DNA from: Candidatus Caldarchaeum sp. | Lineage (GTDB): Archaea; Thermoproteota; Nitrososphaeria_A; Caldarchaeales; Caldarchaeaceae | Length of the DNA stretch: 30,507 nt | Reading direction: 5' to 3' | NCBI GenBank assembly: GCA_038844785.1 | Contig: JAWBRA010000019.1 | Location: 1-30,507 of the forward strand | Notes under the pieces: generated by a model | Database searches by the model: none | What the model was told of the DNA's origin: nothing | Seen by the model: the letters and a program-made list of their open reading frames with translations, nothing else | Shown here: positions 9,518-19,311 of the stretch, piece by piece | Position numbering within the stretch: the stretch's first letter is position 1 | Layout of the letters: every line of letters begins with the position of its first letter | Program-made: the position numbers and the translations under genes

Positions 9518-10281
9518 TAGTTGCGGAAAGTTTGTCGAAAACGTTCAGCCAGCAAAATGGGGTGAGCTTCAAAGCAATAGACAACCTGTCGCTGACGATA
9601 TTCAAGGGAGAGAAAGTAGGTATAGTAGGATCAACTGGCTGTGGGAAATCCACTTTTTTGAGGATAGTGCTAGGTGTTGAACAGCCTTCCAGCGGAAAGC
9701 TGCTAATCGACGGAAAGGAACCTTATAGACATTACAGCGAATTTAAGGGAAGGATATCGGCAGTGTTTCAGGAAGACCGGCTTCTTCCTTGGCGGACAGC
9801 GATTGAAAACGTAGTCATAGGCCTAGAGATAATGGGTGTGGAAAAAAAGACTGCCTTTGAAAAAGCAATGGAATGGTTGAACCGACTTGGCCTGGAAAAG
9901 TTTGCTAAAGCTTATCCATCGGAGCTCAGCGGCGGAATGAGGCAAAGAGTTGCCATCGCACGGGCCCTCATCTTAAACCCTGAAATTATACTGTTAGACG
10001 AGGCGTTTGGGCATCTTGACGAGGTTACTTCAAGGAAGCTCAGAGCTGATTTTTTCAACATACTTAGCGACAGCAAAGCTATCGTGGTCATGGTTACTCA
10101 TAACCTTGACGAAGCCTTAGAAAGCGTTGACAGAATAGTAGTCTTCGGCAAGCCAGCTAAGGTGTTAGGCGATTTCAAAACTGACGAATACCAGCGGCCT
10201 AGGTTAAAGAAGCTGATTCAACATTTGATCGAGGCGAACAAGCCTTTCGACTTGGTGCAGTCCGGCTTAGGCAAGGTTTAA
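9505..10281 (+). CDS. ABC transporter ATP-binding protein, NitT/TauT family
   Basis: Walker A GSTGCGKS, VFQEDRLLPW, signature LSGGMRQR, Walker B LLDEAF and H-loop VTH. Confidence 0.94.
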   Translation: MAQMIVAESLSKTFSQQNGVSFKAIDNLSLTIFKGEKVGIVGSTGCGKSTFLRIVLGVEQPSSGKLLIDGKEPYRHYSEFKGRISAVFQEDRLLPWRTAIENVVIGLEIMGVEKKTAFEKAMEWLNRLGLEKFAKAYPSELSGGMRQRVAIARALILNPEIILLDEAFGHLDEVTSRKLRADFFNILSDSKAIVVMVTHNLDEALESVDRIVVFGKPAKVLGDFKTDEYQRPRLKKLIQHLIEANKPFDLVQSGLGKV

Positions 10282-10293
10282 ACCCGAGACGGT

Positions 10294-12573
10294 GTGGTTT
10301 GCTGTATGCTTGCCTATGCTGAAAGATACCGTGTTGTCGGTAAATCCATCCCCAAAGTAGACGGCGGGCTAAAGGTTACGGGAGCGGCTAGGTACCTAGA
10401 CGACATAGAGCTCCCCAACATGCTTTATGGAAAGATTCTGCACAGCCGCTACCCACATGCCAGAATCCTCAAAATAAACACTGAGAAGGCGTGGAGAGTT
10501 CCTGGCGTGAGAGCCGTGATAACAGGTTTCGACACTTTTTTCAACAACATGGGAATTTTAAAGGACCAGCCGCCGCTCAAGTTTGATAAGGTTCGGTCGG
10601 TCAGAGACGAGGTGGCCGCCGTGGCGGCGGAAACGCCTGAAGCCGCTGAAGAGGCCGTCGAAAGCATAGAGGTGGAATACCAGCCGTTGGAAGGCGTCTT
10701 TGACCCTGAAGAAGCATTGAAGCCCGGAGCTCCACTAGTTCATGAGGAAAGAGGCAGCAACGTAGTCGACCTACGGTTCAGCTTCTCGACTTCAGAAGAT
10801 AAGCGGTTCAGGGAAATCTTTGAAAAAGCCCATGCGGTGGTGGAAGACAGGTATCAAGTCCATTACGTGAACGCTTCGCCGCTGGGAACCATGGGTTGCC
10901 TAGCCTATTACAACGAGTTGGGCGAGCTCACTGTTTACACAAACACTCAAGCACCCTTCCTCTACAGGCATGAGCTCTCAAAGGTCATCGGCATCAACCC
11001 AGCCCGCATCAGAGTCATCCAGCCTGAGATAGGCGGAGCTTTCGGAAGAGGCATGGACATCTACCCACTAGACCCTATCACAGCAGCCCTCTCGATCAAG
11101 ACAAGGAGACCTGTCAAAATCGTTTACACTAGGGAGGAGGAGCTTCAGTATGCTCCGCCACGTCAGCCCGCCATAATCTACATGAAAACGGCGGCGGACA
11201 AAGATGGCCGGCTTCTTGCTAGGGATACACGCGTAATACTCGATGCCGGAGCTTATGTTTCGTGGGGGCCTTTTGACGGGAGGGTTATGATGGCGACCAA
11301 CAGCGGGCTGTATGAGGTTCCAGAAGTCAGGTTTCACGCCACAGTAGTTTATACGAACAACCCTTACACAGGGACGCAAAGAGGTGCGGGAAACCCGCAG
11401 ATAACCTTCGCTATCGAGCAGCAGATGGATGCGCTGGCAGAGGAGCTGGGCATGGACCCAGTAGAATTCAGGATGCTGAATGCCAACAATCCAAACACGG
11501 TAACACCTCAGGGAATGAGGATAACAACATGCGAGCTTAGAGAATGTTTACGGAAAGCCGCCGAGGAGATAGGGTGGAGAGGAAGAAACAAAGCTGGCCC
11601 GAGAAGGGGGATAGGGTTTGCCTCTTTCTTCCATGTCGGGGGAGGCGCGAGGGTTTACAGGTCTGACGGCTGCGGCACGATACTCAGCATCGACGACTTT
11701 GGCCTGGTGACGGTTATTACAGGTTCGACGGACTTAGGCACAGGCTCCGACACCGCCATCGCCCAGATAGTTGCTGAAGAGCTGGGCGTCCCAGTCCAGA
11801 ACGTTAAAGTCGTCAACGACGACGCCGGCATAAGGCCGTGGGACGTTGGAACGCACGCCAGCAGGGCTACGTTTGTGGCTGGTAACTCGGCTTTGCTGGC
11901 CGCTAAAAAAGCGAAGGAAATTATACTGAAGGCGGCGGCGGAAGAGCTGGAAACGGACATCTCAGATCTTATTATCGAGAACGGGGTTATCTACTCTAAG
12001 AACACGGCGAAGAAGATCGAGCTGGATAAGTTGGTTAGACGCCTACACTTCAGGTCAGGAGGCAGCAACATAGTAGTGTCAGCATACTACGACCCGCCTA
12101 CTGAGATGCAGGACGAGAGATGGATGGGCAATATCTCCGCCACATATTCCTTCGGAGTTCAAGCGGCGCTTGTTGAAGTAGACCCTGGGACAGGTGTCGT
12201 GAAGGTTTTGAAAATAGTCTCGGTCCATGACTCGGGACGGATAATCAACCCTGCTGCTGCTGAAGGACAGGTTCACGGCGGCGTAATGATGGGTATAGGA
12301 TACGCTCTCTACGAGGAGATGGTTCTGGAGCAGGGTAGGGTCATCAACGCGTCGCTTGCTGACTACTTGCTTCCAACAGCTACAGAGCTGCCGGCAGTCA
12401 AAGCTGTTTTTATCGAGAAACCGGATCCAGCCGGGCCGTTCGGAGCTAAGGGTTTAGGGGAGACAGGCTGCATCCCAACAGCAGCCGCCATCGCCAACGC
12501 TATATACGACGCTGTCGGCAAAAGGGTTAAAAGCCTTCCCATCAAGCCTGAGAAACTGCTTGGCTCAGATTGA
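10294..12573 (+). CDS. Xanthine dehydrogenase-family molybdopterin-binding large subunit
   Basis: VGKSIPKVDG..KVTG.A.Y, IGGAFG, RGAGNPQ, DLGTG, ASRAT, GQVHGG and GPFGAKGLGE motifs. It lacks the form I CoxL AYxCSFR loop. The start may be ATG 10306. Confidence 0.92.
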   Translation: MVCCMLAYAERYRVVGKSIPKVDGGLKVTGAARYLDDIELPNMLYGKILHSRYPHARILKINTEKAWRVPGVRAVITGFDTFFNNMGILKDQPPLKFDKVRSVRDEVAAVAAETPEAAEEAVESIEVEYQPLEGVFDPEEALKPGAPLVHEERGSNVVDLRFSFSTSEDKRFREIFEKAHAVVEDRYQVHYVNASPLGTMGCLAYYNELGELTVYTNTQAPFLYRHELSKVIGINPARIRVIQPEIGGAFGRGMDIYPLDPITAALSIKTRRPVKIVYTREEELQYAPPRQPAIIYMKTAADKDGRLLARDTRVILDAGAYVSWGPFDGRVMMATNSGLYEVPEVRFHATVVYTNNPYTGTQRGAGNPQITFAIEQQMDALAEELGMDPVEFRMLNANNPNTVTPQGMRITTCELRECLRKAAEEIGWRGRNKAGPRRGIGFASFFHVGGGARVYRSDGCGTILSIDDFGLVTVITGSTDLGTGSDTAIAQIVAEELGVPVQNVKVVNDDAGIRPWDVGTHASRATFVAGNSALLAAKKAKEIILKAAAEELETDISDLIIENGVIYSKNTAKKIELDKLVRRLHFRSGGSNIVVSAYYDPPTEMQDERWMGNISATYSFGVQAALVEVDPGTGVVKVLKIVSVHDSGRIINPAAAEGQVHGGVMMGIGYALYEEMVLEQGRVINASLADYLLPTATELPAVKAVFIEKPDPAGPFGAKGLGETGCIPTAAAIANAIYDAVGKRVKSLPIKPEKLLGSD

Positions 12574-12626
12574 ATGTTTTTGTAGATGTTTAAGGCTTAA
12601 AAGGGGGCATAACGGCGTTATATTCG

Positions 12627-15044
12627 ATGGAAAACCAACAAACCATCGAAATAGACTACAGTAAGTACGACTTCAAAGACCCAGAGCTCTATGTCTACAA
12701 ATCCAAACCCGGGCTATCCGAACAAGTAGTCGAGGAGATATCGAGAATAAAGGATGAGCCAGAGTGGCTGAGACGTTTCAGGCTGAAATCTTTCGAGATT
12801 TTTCTTAGGAAGCCTATGCCGCTATGGGGAGCCGACCTTAAAAACGTTGACTTTGACAGAATCCACTACTACATCAAACCCAGCGACAGAAAAGCCAGAA
12901 GCTGGGACGACGTACCCGAATACATCAAAAAGACCTTCGACAGGCTTGGAATCCCAGAGGCCGAGAGAAAGTTTCTCGCAGGAGTGGGTGCTCAGTATGA
13001 ATCCGAGGTCGTCTACCACAACCTTCAGAAAGAGCTGGAGAAGAAAGGCGTGATATTTGTTGACCCAGACACCGCCTTCAAAGAGTACGCCGACATATTC
13101 AAGCCCTACTTCGGGAAAGTCGTGCCCCCCGAGGATAACAAGTTCGCAGCACTCAACAGCGCCGTCTTCAGCGGCGGAAGCTTCATCTACGTCCCCGAAG
13201 GCGTGGAAATCCAATACCCGCTCCAAGCCTACTTCAGAATCAACGCAGCCAACGTCGGCCAGTTCGAAAGAACCCTCATCATAGCCGAGCCTCACAGCAG
13301 GGTACATTATGTAGAGGGGTGCACCGCCCCGATTTACTCAACGTCCTCGCTTCACACGGCTGTGGTGGAGATTATTGCCAAGAAAGGTGCGTACGTGAGA
13401 TACACTACCCTCCAGAACTGGAGCTCAGACGTTTACAACCTCGTCACCAAACGCGCCCATGCCTACGAGGAGGCAACCGTTGAATGGGTTGACGCAAACA
13501 TAGGCTGCTTGGACCCCGACACCCTAGTTTACATGAACAACGATATAAAACGCATAAGAGATGTGGAAGTAGGGGATACCGTCTACACTTTAGGGTCCGA
13601 CCTGAAGATAAAGTCTTCAAGAGTGGTTGGGAAAAAAGTCAACCCTCCCAGGCCCGTGTACAGGCTGGTTACAGCCAACTACAGGCATGTTATAGCCACC
13701 GACAATCATCCTTTCCTGCTTCTGAAGAAGGAGGGAAAGTTCTACAAACTGTCGTGGACAGTGCTCAAAGATATCAAAGTCGGTGACCTAATAGCCGTTG
13801 TAGGAAGAATTCCAGACAACGGAAAGCCTCATAAGATATTCTTCAAGCCCGGTGAAAAAGGCAGAACAATTTCATGGCCTTCCGAGACGACGGAAGAGCT
13901 GTTGTGGCTGATAGGGTTCTACCTGGGTGACGGCTACCTGGATGGGGATAAACGCATAAATTTCGCCGTCCCAAAGGACGACGCCTCATCTGAAAAGGTC
14001 GAAAAGCTGCTCAGAGACCTGTTTAACGTAAAGCCGACAAGACGAGGGGTTGTGTTACGGGTTAACTCTGTAAACTTGGTCAGGTTCTTTACATCGTTGG
14101 GGCTTGCGGGGAAGGCCGGTGAGAAGAGAATCCCAGGCTGGGTGTTCAAGCTTCCGCATCAGCAAAAGATGGCCCTCATAGAAGGCTACATAGCAGCTAA
14201 CGGATACAAGAGAGATGGACACAGAAACATAAGCGTATGCAGTTCCAACAAGAAGCTGCTTGAAGACTTGAAAACGCTTGCAATATCATGTGGTTTAAAC
14301 CCGCTCAAAATAAGCAGGTGGCGTAGACGTGAGAGGAAACCTCTAGGTAAAAAGTTAAAGACATACACCCATTATTTCCTTTACTTCAGCGATATCATAC
14401 CCGATTCGGAGGTATACTTTGTTCCCGTGAAGTCTATTGAGCCTGCTGGAACAAGGGTAACCTACGACATCGAGGTGGATGGGACAGCCAATTTTATCGC
14501 TCAGGGGTTGATAGTACATAACAGCAAGGTGACTATGAAGTATCCAAGCGTTTATCTTCTGGGGCGCGGCGCTAAAGCGGACATTCTCTCAGTTGCTTTC
14601 GCCGGGAAGGGGCAGCATCAGGACACAGGGGCCAAAGCCGTGCATCTCGCTCCCGACACCACGTCGAGGATAACGTCAAAGTCTGTCTGCAAAGACGGTG
14701 GAAGAACATCCTACAGAGGCTTGTTACACGTTGCAAAGGGTGCTAAGCGTGTTAAGTCGAGCGTCAGATGCGACGCCCTGATACTGGACGACATCTCGAG
14801 AACCGACACCTATCCCTACAACGACATCAACGAGGAGGATACGACAGCCACTCACGAGGCCACAGTTGGCAAGATAGGTGAGGAGCAGCTCTTCTACCTG
14901 ATGAGCAGAGGTCTGTCAGAGCAGGAGGCTCTTAACATGATAGTTCTTGGTTTCCTAGAGCCTTTCACGAAAACGTTGCCGATGGAGTATGCCGTCGAAT
15001 TCAACCGGTTGATAGAGCTGGAGATGTCCGGCTCGGTAGGCTAG
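12627..15044 (+). CDS. sufB: Fe-S cluster assembly protein SufB, intein-containing (466-aa mature protein)
   Basis: GVGAQYESE, FAALNSAVFSGGSF, GQFERTLII, HYVEGCTAP, TMKYPS and HEATVGKI motifs; interrupted after EWVDANIG. Confidence 0.96.
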   Translation: MENQQTIEIDYSKYDFKDPELYVYKSKPGLSEQVVEEISRIKDEPEWLRRFRLKSFEIFLRKPMPLWGADLKNVDFDRIHYYIKPSDRKARSWDDVPEYIKKTFDRLGIPEAERKFLAGVGAQYESEVVYHNLQKELEKKGVIFVDPDTAFKEYADIFKPYFGKVVPPEDNKFAALNSAVFSGGSFIYVPEGVEIQYPLQAYFRINAANVGQFERTLIIAEPHSRVHYVEGCTAPIYSTSSLHTAVVEIIAKKGAYVRYTTLQNWSSDVYNLVTKRAHAYEEATVEWVDANIGCLDPDTLVYMNNDIKRIRDVEVGDTVYTLGSDLKIKSSRVVGKKVNPPRPVYRLVTANYRHVIATDNHPFLLLKKEGKFYKLSWTVLKDIKVGDLIAVVGRIPDNGKPHKIFFKPGEKGRTISWPSETTEELLWLIGFYLGDGYLDGDKRINFAVPKDDASSEKVEKLLRDLFNVKPTRRGVVLRVNSVNLVRFFTSLGLAGKAGEKRIPGWVFKLPHQQKMALIEGYIAANGYKRDGHRNISVCSSNKKLLEDLKTLAISCGLNPLKISRWRRRERKPLGKKLKTYTHYFLYFSDIIPDSEVYFVPVKSIEPAGTRVTYDIEVDGTANFIAQGLIVHNSKVTMKYPSVYLLGRGAKADILSVAFAGKGQHQDTGAKAVHLAPDTTSRITSKSVCKDGGRTSYRGLLHVAKGAKRVKSSVRCDALILDDISRTDTYPYNDINEEDTTATHEATVGKIGEEQLFYLMSRGLSEQEALNMIVLGFLEPFTKTLPMEYAVEFNRLIELEMSGSVG
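13506..14522 (+). mobile_element. 339-aa intein with LAGLIDADG-type homing endonuclease domain
   Basis: Starts with CLDPDT (block A). Block B ATDNHPF, block C LIGFYLGDG, block E LIEGYIAANG, block F TYDIEV, ends IVHN, with Ser at +1. Removing it restores the conserved NIG-SKVTMKYP. Confidence 0.95.
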
Positions 15045-15577
15045 TTTCCCAGCTCCACAACTACCCTACTTCCCACGCCAATTTGATACTTTTTTAGAAA
15101 ACCTGCGTTAACTTCGGCGACGTATAAAGCGTCTTCGGATGGCTCGTAAGGCTGGCAGATATCGTCTACAGGACATGGCTTAGCGTTCTCCACAACATAA
15201 ACCACTCTCCCATCCTCGCTAATCCATATGACGTCGAGCGGAAAACTCATTCCATACATCCAGAAAGAATACCTAACCGGCTTCTTGAAGACAAACAACA
15301 TGCCCCAACCCTCAGGAAGCATATCTCTACCTGAGAGGCCTAAAGCCCTTTTCTCCGGCGTATCCGCGACCTCGACAAGTATCTCAACGTTTTCGAACAA
15401 CACCCTGGGGCCTGTATAAGTTTGTCCAACCTGCTCTGTATGCGTGTTTGCAGGAGTGCTTGGCTGTTGAGAGATGTCGCGCGAAGAAATTATCTGCAGC
15501 CAAAGGCCCAGAGCTACAAGTAACAAAACAAAAAACAGGACAAGGTTTTTAAACTTGAAAAAAGATTTCACGTTCAC
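15041..15577 (-). CDS. DUF192-domain membrane-anchored protein
   Basis: VEVADTPEKRALGLS.R, GMLFVF, FWM.GM.FPLD.IWI and YVAEVNAG motifs; N-terminal TM. Confidence 0.92.
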   Translation of the reverse strand: MNVKSFFKFKNLVLFFVLLLVALGLWLQIISSRDISQQPSTPANTHTEQVGQTYTGPRVLFENVEILVEVADTPEKRALGLSGRDMLPEGWGMLFVFKKPVRYSFWMYGMSFPLDVIWISEDGRVVYVVENAKPCPVDDICQPYEPSEDALYVAEVNAGFLKKYQIGVGSRVVVELGN

Positions 15578-16014
15578 GCCAGTCTAGCGGAAACTTTTAC
15601 CTGGACATTTCCCTTCAAAGCTTTTGAGACAGGGCATCCGTTGCCTGCCTCTTCAGCAGCTTTCTCGAAAGATACTTGATCCATTCCTGGAACCGTGCCC
15701 ACTACGGTTATGTTTAGCTGGGTTATCCTGAAGCCTTCGTCGGTTTTTGCGAAGGTCGCCTCAGCCGTCACCTCCAGCTTTGTAGCTGGCTTCCCTTCTT
15801 TGGCGAGTATGTTTGAAAGGGCCATTGCAAAGCAGCTGGCATGCGCTGCTGCCAGCAGCTCCTCAGGGCTTGTCATCCCAGCGACTTTAGAGGAGCGCGC
15901 CGCCCATGTTATTGTCGTCGATGGTAAAGCCCCGCTACCAAAGCTTACGTTTCCCCTGCCGTGGAAAAGGTCTCCCTCCCAGACAGCTTTTGCAACGCTT
16001 ACTACAGCGGACAT
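15574..16014 (-). CDS. osmC: OsmC-family peroxiredoxin
   Basis: A.A.WEGDL..G.G, TSPEELLAAAHASCFAMAL and GCPVSKAL (two catalytic Cys). Confidence 0.93.
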   Translation of the reverse strand: MSAVVSVAKAVWEGDLFHGRGNVSFGSGALPSTTITWAARSSKVAGMTSPEELLAAAHASCFAMALSNILAKEGKPATKLEVTAEATFAKTDEGFRITQLNITVVGTVPGMDQVSFEKAAEEAGNGCPVSKALKGNVQVKVSARLA

Positions 16015-16045
16015 ATCCCGAGCAGGATCTTCCTCTTTTTTACCT

Positions 16046-18610
16046 TTACGCTATGACGCAGCTCGACCATCCACAGTCCATGCATTTCTGGCACCCCTCT
16101 TGGAAAATAACGTTGACGCTGCCGCAGGCTGGGCAGGTCATAGGCGTCATCGGCGCAGGAGATATTATCTCAACCCTTTGCTCAACCTCGATCCCCAGCG
16201 ACCTAAGCAGTTCAATGGTTTTGTTACTGGTTGCTGAAGCGTATGATCGGAGCCTATGAGTCGGGGTTATGAGAACCTGAGCCGTCTTAGAACCGTCTCT
16301 GTAAACAGTCACCCCTTTCAGCCCCAAACGATGTGCTGCGATGAAAACTTTGTGCACGTCCTCAACCGATACCCAGGAAGGCATGTTAATAGTCTTGCTT
16401 ACCGAGGCATCGACCCACTGCTGGATTTCGTGCTGAGCTCTTAGATGATCCCACCAAGGTATGTCCAGAGCAGTCACGAAAACTCTCCTCCATTCCTCAG
16501 GAAGGTCGTCAAGCCCCTGCAATGAACCTCCGTTCTCGGAAACCATCTTCAGGACAACTTCTCTAGGAGCTGCTGAGATGTTCAAAACTCTGTCAAACTC
16601 TGCGTCGACATAGTAGAAAACCCCAGCCGACACCTCTTTCCTGTACACTAGCGCGAACTGGGGCTCGAGGCCGGATGAAACGTCAGCGAGCATGGAGATG
16701 CTGCCAGTGGGTGCCACCGTAAGCAGATGGCTGTTCCTGACCCCTTTTGAGGCTTTTTCAGCTAAAGATTCCCAATCAAGCCTACGTTTACCCTTTCCCA
16801 AGCCTTGGAGAGGCAGTTTACCCCTAGCCCAGCTTGACTTCTGGAAGTCGGGGAACGGACCCCTTTCAGCCGCCAGGTTCGCCGAAGTCTCTATAGCCTT
16901 GTAAGCTATGAATTCCATAACCTGCGACATGGTGTCGAACCCTTCTTCGCTGTTGTAGGGGATTTTGAGAGCGTAGAGCATGTCGGCCAAGCCCATCACA
17001 CCAAGCCCGATGCGCCGCGTCCTTAGGGTCATCTCCTCTATCGCCTCTGTAGGATGCTTCGTCAAGTCCACTACATTGTCTAGAAAACGTACCGCAGCCT
17101 CTACAGTCTTTCCAAGCTTTTCCCAGTCTATCCTGCGCCTCACCCTGTCCACATGCTCATAAAGGTTAATGCTTCCCAGGTTGCATGACTCGTGGGGGTA
17201 GAGGGGCTGTTCGCCGCAGGGGTTTACACAGTTTATGTCGCCGTATATTTCCCTGAGAGGATTTAACCTGTTTATGTTGTCGTGGTATAATAGGCCTGGG
17301 TCAGCCGTACGCCATGCGCTTTCAGCGGCCAATCGTAAAAGCTTTGCCGGGTCGACCAGCTTCCAGACGGAGCCGTCACGTGGGTTGACCAGCGGGAAAG
17401 GCTCGCCCTTCTCATAATACTGCCAAAAATCAGCTTTAACCATAACCGATATGTTGAAGTTTTCAAACTGTCCAGGAGCCTGTTTCGAGGTTATGAATTT
17501 TTCTACATCTGGATGGCTGATGTCGAGGACGCCGATGTTGGCGCCCCTTCTCCTACCACCCTGTTTAACAACGTCGGTAACCGTGTCGATAATGCGCATG
17601 AAGGAGACGGGTCCTGAGGCTACGCCGCCCGTAGACGCAACAACATCACCCTCAGGCCTGAGCTTGGAGTAGTTTATTCCAACACCGCCGCCTGACTTGA
17701 ATATTAGCGCCGCCTCCTTCGCCGACTCCATTATAGATACTATGTCGTCATCAACGTCTAACACGAAGCAGGCGCTTAGCTGGCCTAGGACGGTGCCGGC
17801 GTTGAAAAGCGTTGGGCTGTTGGGCAGAAAACGTTTCTCAACCATCATGTCATAGTACTGTCTGTAATTTGTATAGAAGATATGCGGGTTTGCTCGCAAA
17901 TATTCGATGACTTCTTTCAACGGCTTCCTCATACAGCCCCGCCTGTTGAGCCTGTTGTACAGTGCGGCAAGTCTCTCAAGATGATGGATGTTCCATTTCG
18001 CTTCAAGCTCGTTGGAGCTGGGGCCTAGACCCAGCCGGCCCTCTAGCTCTGCCAAATCTATCGTCTCTTCCGGCCATGTTTGCTGGCTGGCGGTCTGGTC
18101 GAAGAAGAGCGGGCTGTACAGTATGTCGGCTATGACTATCAAGGCAGCGGTCCTCTGGAACATTTGCTTCGGCCTCTCGAGAAGCCTGCCCTGACCATCT
18201 CTGAGAAGATATCGTGACGTCATGAGTCTAATCGCGTTTACGGAGAAACGTTTGTCAACCTCATCCACAACATCCGAGCCAAGGATTCTTTTCTTCTCCT
18301 CACGTATTCTCGTGCGTTCATGCCTGTAGAGGATGTATGCTTTCGCAACCTCTTTCAACCCATGGTCCATCAAGCTAGATTCGACAACATCCTGTATCTC
18401 CTCGACATGAGGGATTTTCTCAGCGCCAAATTTTTCAGCAAGCCTCTGAACAACAGTATCGACAACCTCTCCCAGCTTTCTCTCGTCAACAATCCCTTGG
18501 GAGGCCATGGCTTTCCTAACGGCCTCCCTTATCCTCGACACATCAAAGTCGACAATTCTCCCGTCGCGCTTCACAACCTTAAGCGGCGCACGCATTGCAG
18601 GCCTATCCAA
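16046..18610 (-). CDS. nrdJ: Adenosylcobalamin-dependent (class II) ribonucleotide reductase with ATP cone
   Basis: ATP cone VVKRDG, PNSPTLFNAG, LSACF, QGGRRRGAN, NPCGEQPL, ESCNLGS, APTGSIS, SKTIN, VYRDGS and a C-terminal CxxC..CxxC..SSC. The start may be ATG 18595. Confidence 0.95.
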   Translation of the reverse strand: MDRPAMRAPLKVVKRDGRIVDFDVSRIREAVRKAMASQGIVDERKLGEVVDTVVQRLAEKFGAEKIPHVEEIQDVVESSLMDHGLKEVAKAYILYRHERTRIREEKKRILGSDVVDEVDKRFSVNAIRLMTSRYLLRDGQGRLLERPKQMFQRTAALIVIADILYSPLFFDQTASQQTWPEETIDLAELEGRLGLGPSSNELEAKWNIHHLERLAALYNRLNRRGCMRKPLKEVIEYLRANPHIFYTNYRQYYDMMVEKRFLPNSPTLFNAGTVLGQLSACFVLDVDDDIVSIMESAKEAALIFKSGGGVGINYSKLRPEGDVVASTGGVASGPVSFMRIIDTVTDVVKQGGRRRGANIGVLDISHPDVEKFITSKQAPGQFENFNISVMVKADFWQYYEKGEPFPLVNPRDGSVWKLVDPAKLLRLAAESAWRTADPGLLYHDNINRLNPLREIYGDINCVNPCGEQPLYPHESCNLGSINLYEHVDRVRRRIDWEKLGKTVEAAVRFLDNVVDLTKHPTEAIEEMTLRTRRIGLGVMGLADMLYALKIPYNSEEGFDTMSQVMEFIAYKAIETSANLAAERGPFPDFQKSSWARGKLPLQGLGKGKRRLDWESLAEKASKGVRNSHLLTVAPTGSISMLADVSSGLEPQFALVYRKEVSAGVFYYVDAEFDRVLNISAAPREVVLKMVSENGGSLQGLDDLPEEWRRVFVTALDIPWWDHLRAQHEIQQWVDASVSKTINMPSWVSVEDVHKVFIAAHRLGLKGVTVYRDGSKTAQVLITPTHRLRSYASATSNKTIELLRSLGIEVEQRVEIISPAPMTPMTCPACGSVNVIFQEGCQKCMDCGWSSCVIA

Positions 18611-18699
18611 TACATCATGCTTCGCGGATAATAATATTGTCTGTTTTCACGCAAATGTTTGAAAAACACTTAATAGTGCGTGAACGACACCTGCCAGCA

Positions 18700-19311
18700 A
18701 TGAAGCGTCGGGTTCTTCCGTTCGTTACAGCGGCCGTTGTGGCTGTTGCGGCCGGCGCCTTAGCGGCCTATACCATGAGAACCCTAACCTCAGGTTATAA
18801 ACCGCCTATTGAAATACCGGGAGAGAAGGTTCTGCCAGACTTTAGGCTGACGGACCAGAACGGACGGCCATTCACCCTCTCATCTATACGTGGAAAAAAA
18901 GCCGTTTTGCTCTATTTCGGATACACACACTGTCCAGATGTTTGTCCAACCGTGCTGTCGAAGTTTGCCAAAACGATTTCTACGCTGGGTTCGAAGGCTG
19001 ACGACGTTGCCTTCCTGTTTGTGACGGTGGACCCTGAAAGGGATACGCCTGAAGCCATGAAAAAATACCTTTCATATTACTCGGATAAGATATTGGGGCT
19101 GACGGGAAGACCTGAAGAGGTCGCCAGCGTCCTCAAACTCTACAACGTCTACGCCTACAAACACCCGCCCGACGAGAAAGGCAACTATCTAGTCGACCAT
19201 TACGCCCTCGTGTTGGGCGCTGACCGAAACCACGTCCTGAGAATAGCTCTCACTGTTGAGATGCCTGCGGACGAGTATGTGGAGGCTGTCAAATGGCTGT
19301 TGTCAAAGTGA
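18700..19311 (+). CDS. SCO1/SenC copper chaperone
   Basis: N-terminal TM, FRLTDQNG, FGYTHCPDVCP (CxxxC), TVDPERDT and YLVDH. Start placed at ATG 18700; the ORF track start at 18595 overlaps nrdJ. Confidence 0.93.
   Translation: MKRRVLPFVTAAVVAVAAGALAAYTMRTLTSGYKPPIEIPGEKVLPDFRLTDQNGRPFTLSSIRGKKAVLLYFGYTHCPDVCPTVLSKFAKTISTLGSKADDVAFLFVTVDPERDTPEAMKKYLSYYSDKILGLTGRPEEVASVLKLYNVYAYKHPPDEKGNYLVDHYALVLGADRNHVLRIALTVEMPADEYVEAVKWLLSK

Noticed and set aside
10294-12573. Aerobic CO dehydrogenase CoxL
   Set aside because: It lacks the AYxCSFR active-site loop and there are no coxS/coxM neighbours.
17870-18120. Extra segment in the NrdJ N-terminal region as a possible intein
   Set aside because: There are no Cys1...His-Asn splice motifs and it is too short; it resembles an insert I recall in other archaeal NrdJ proteins.
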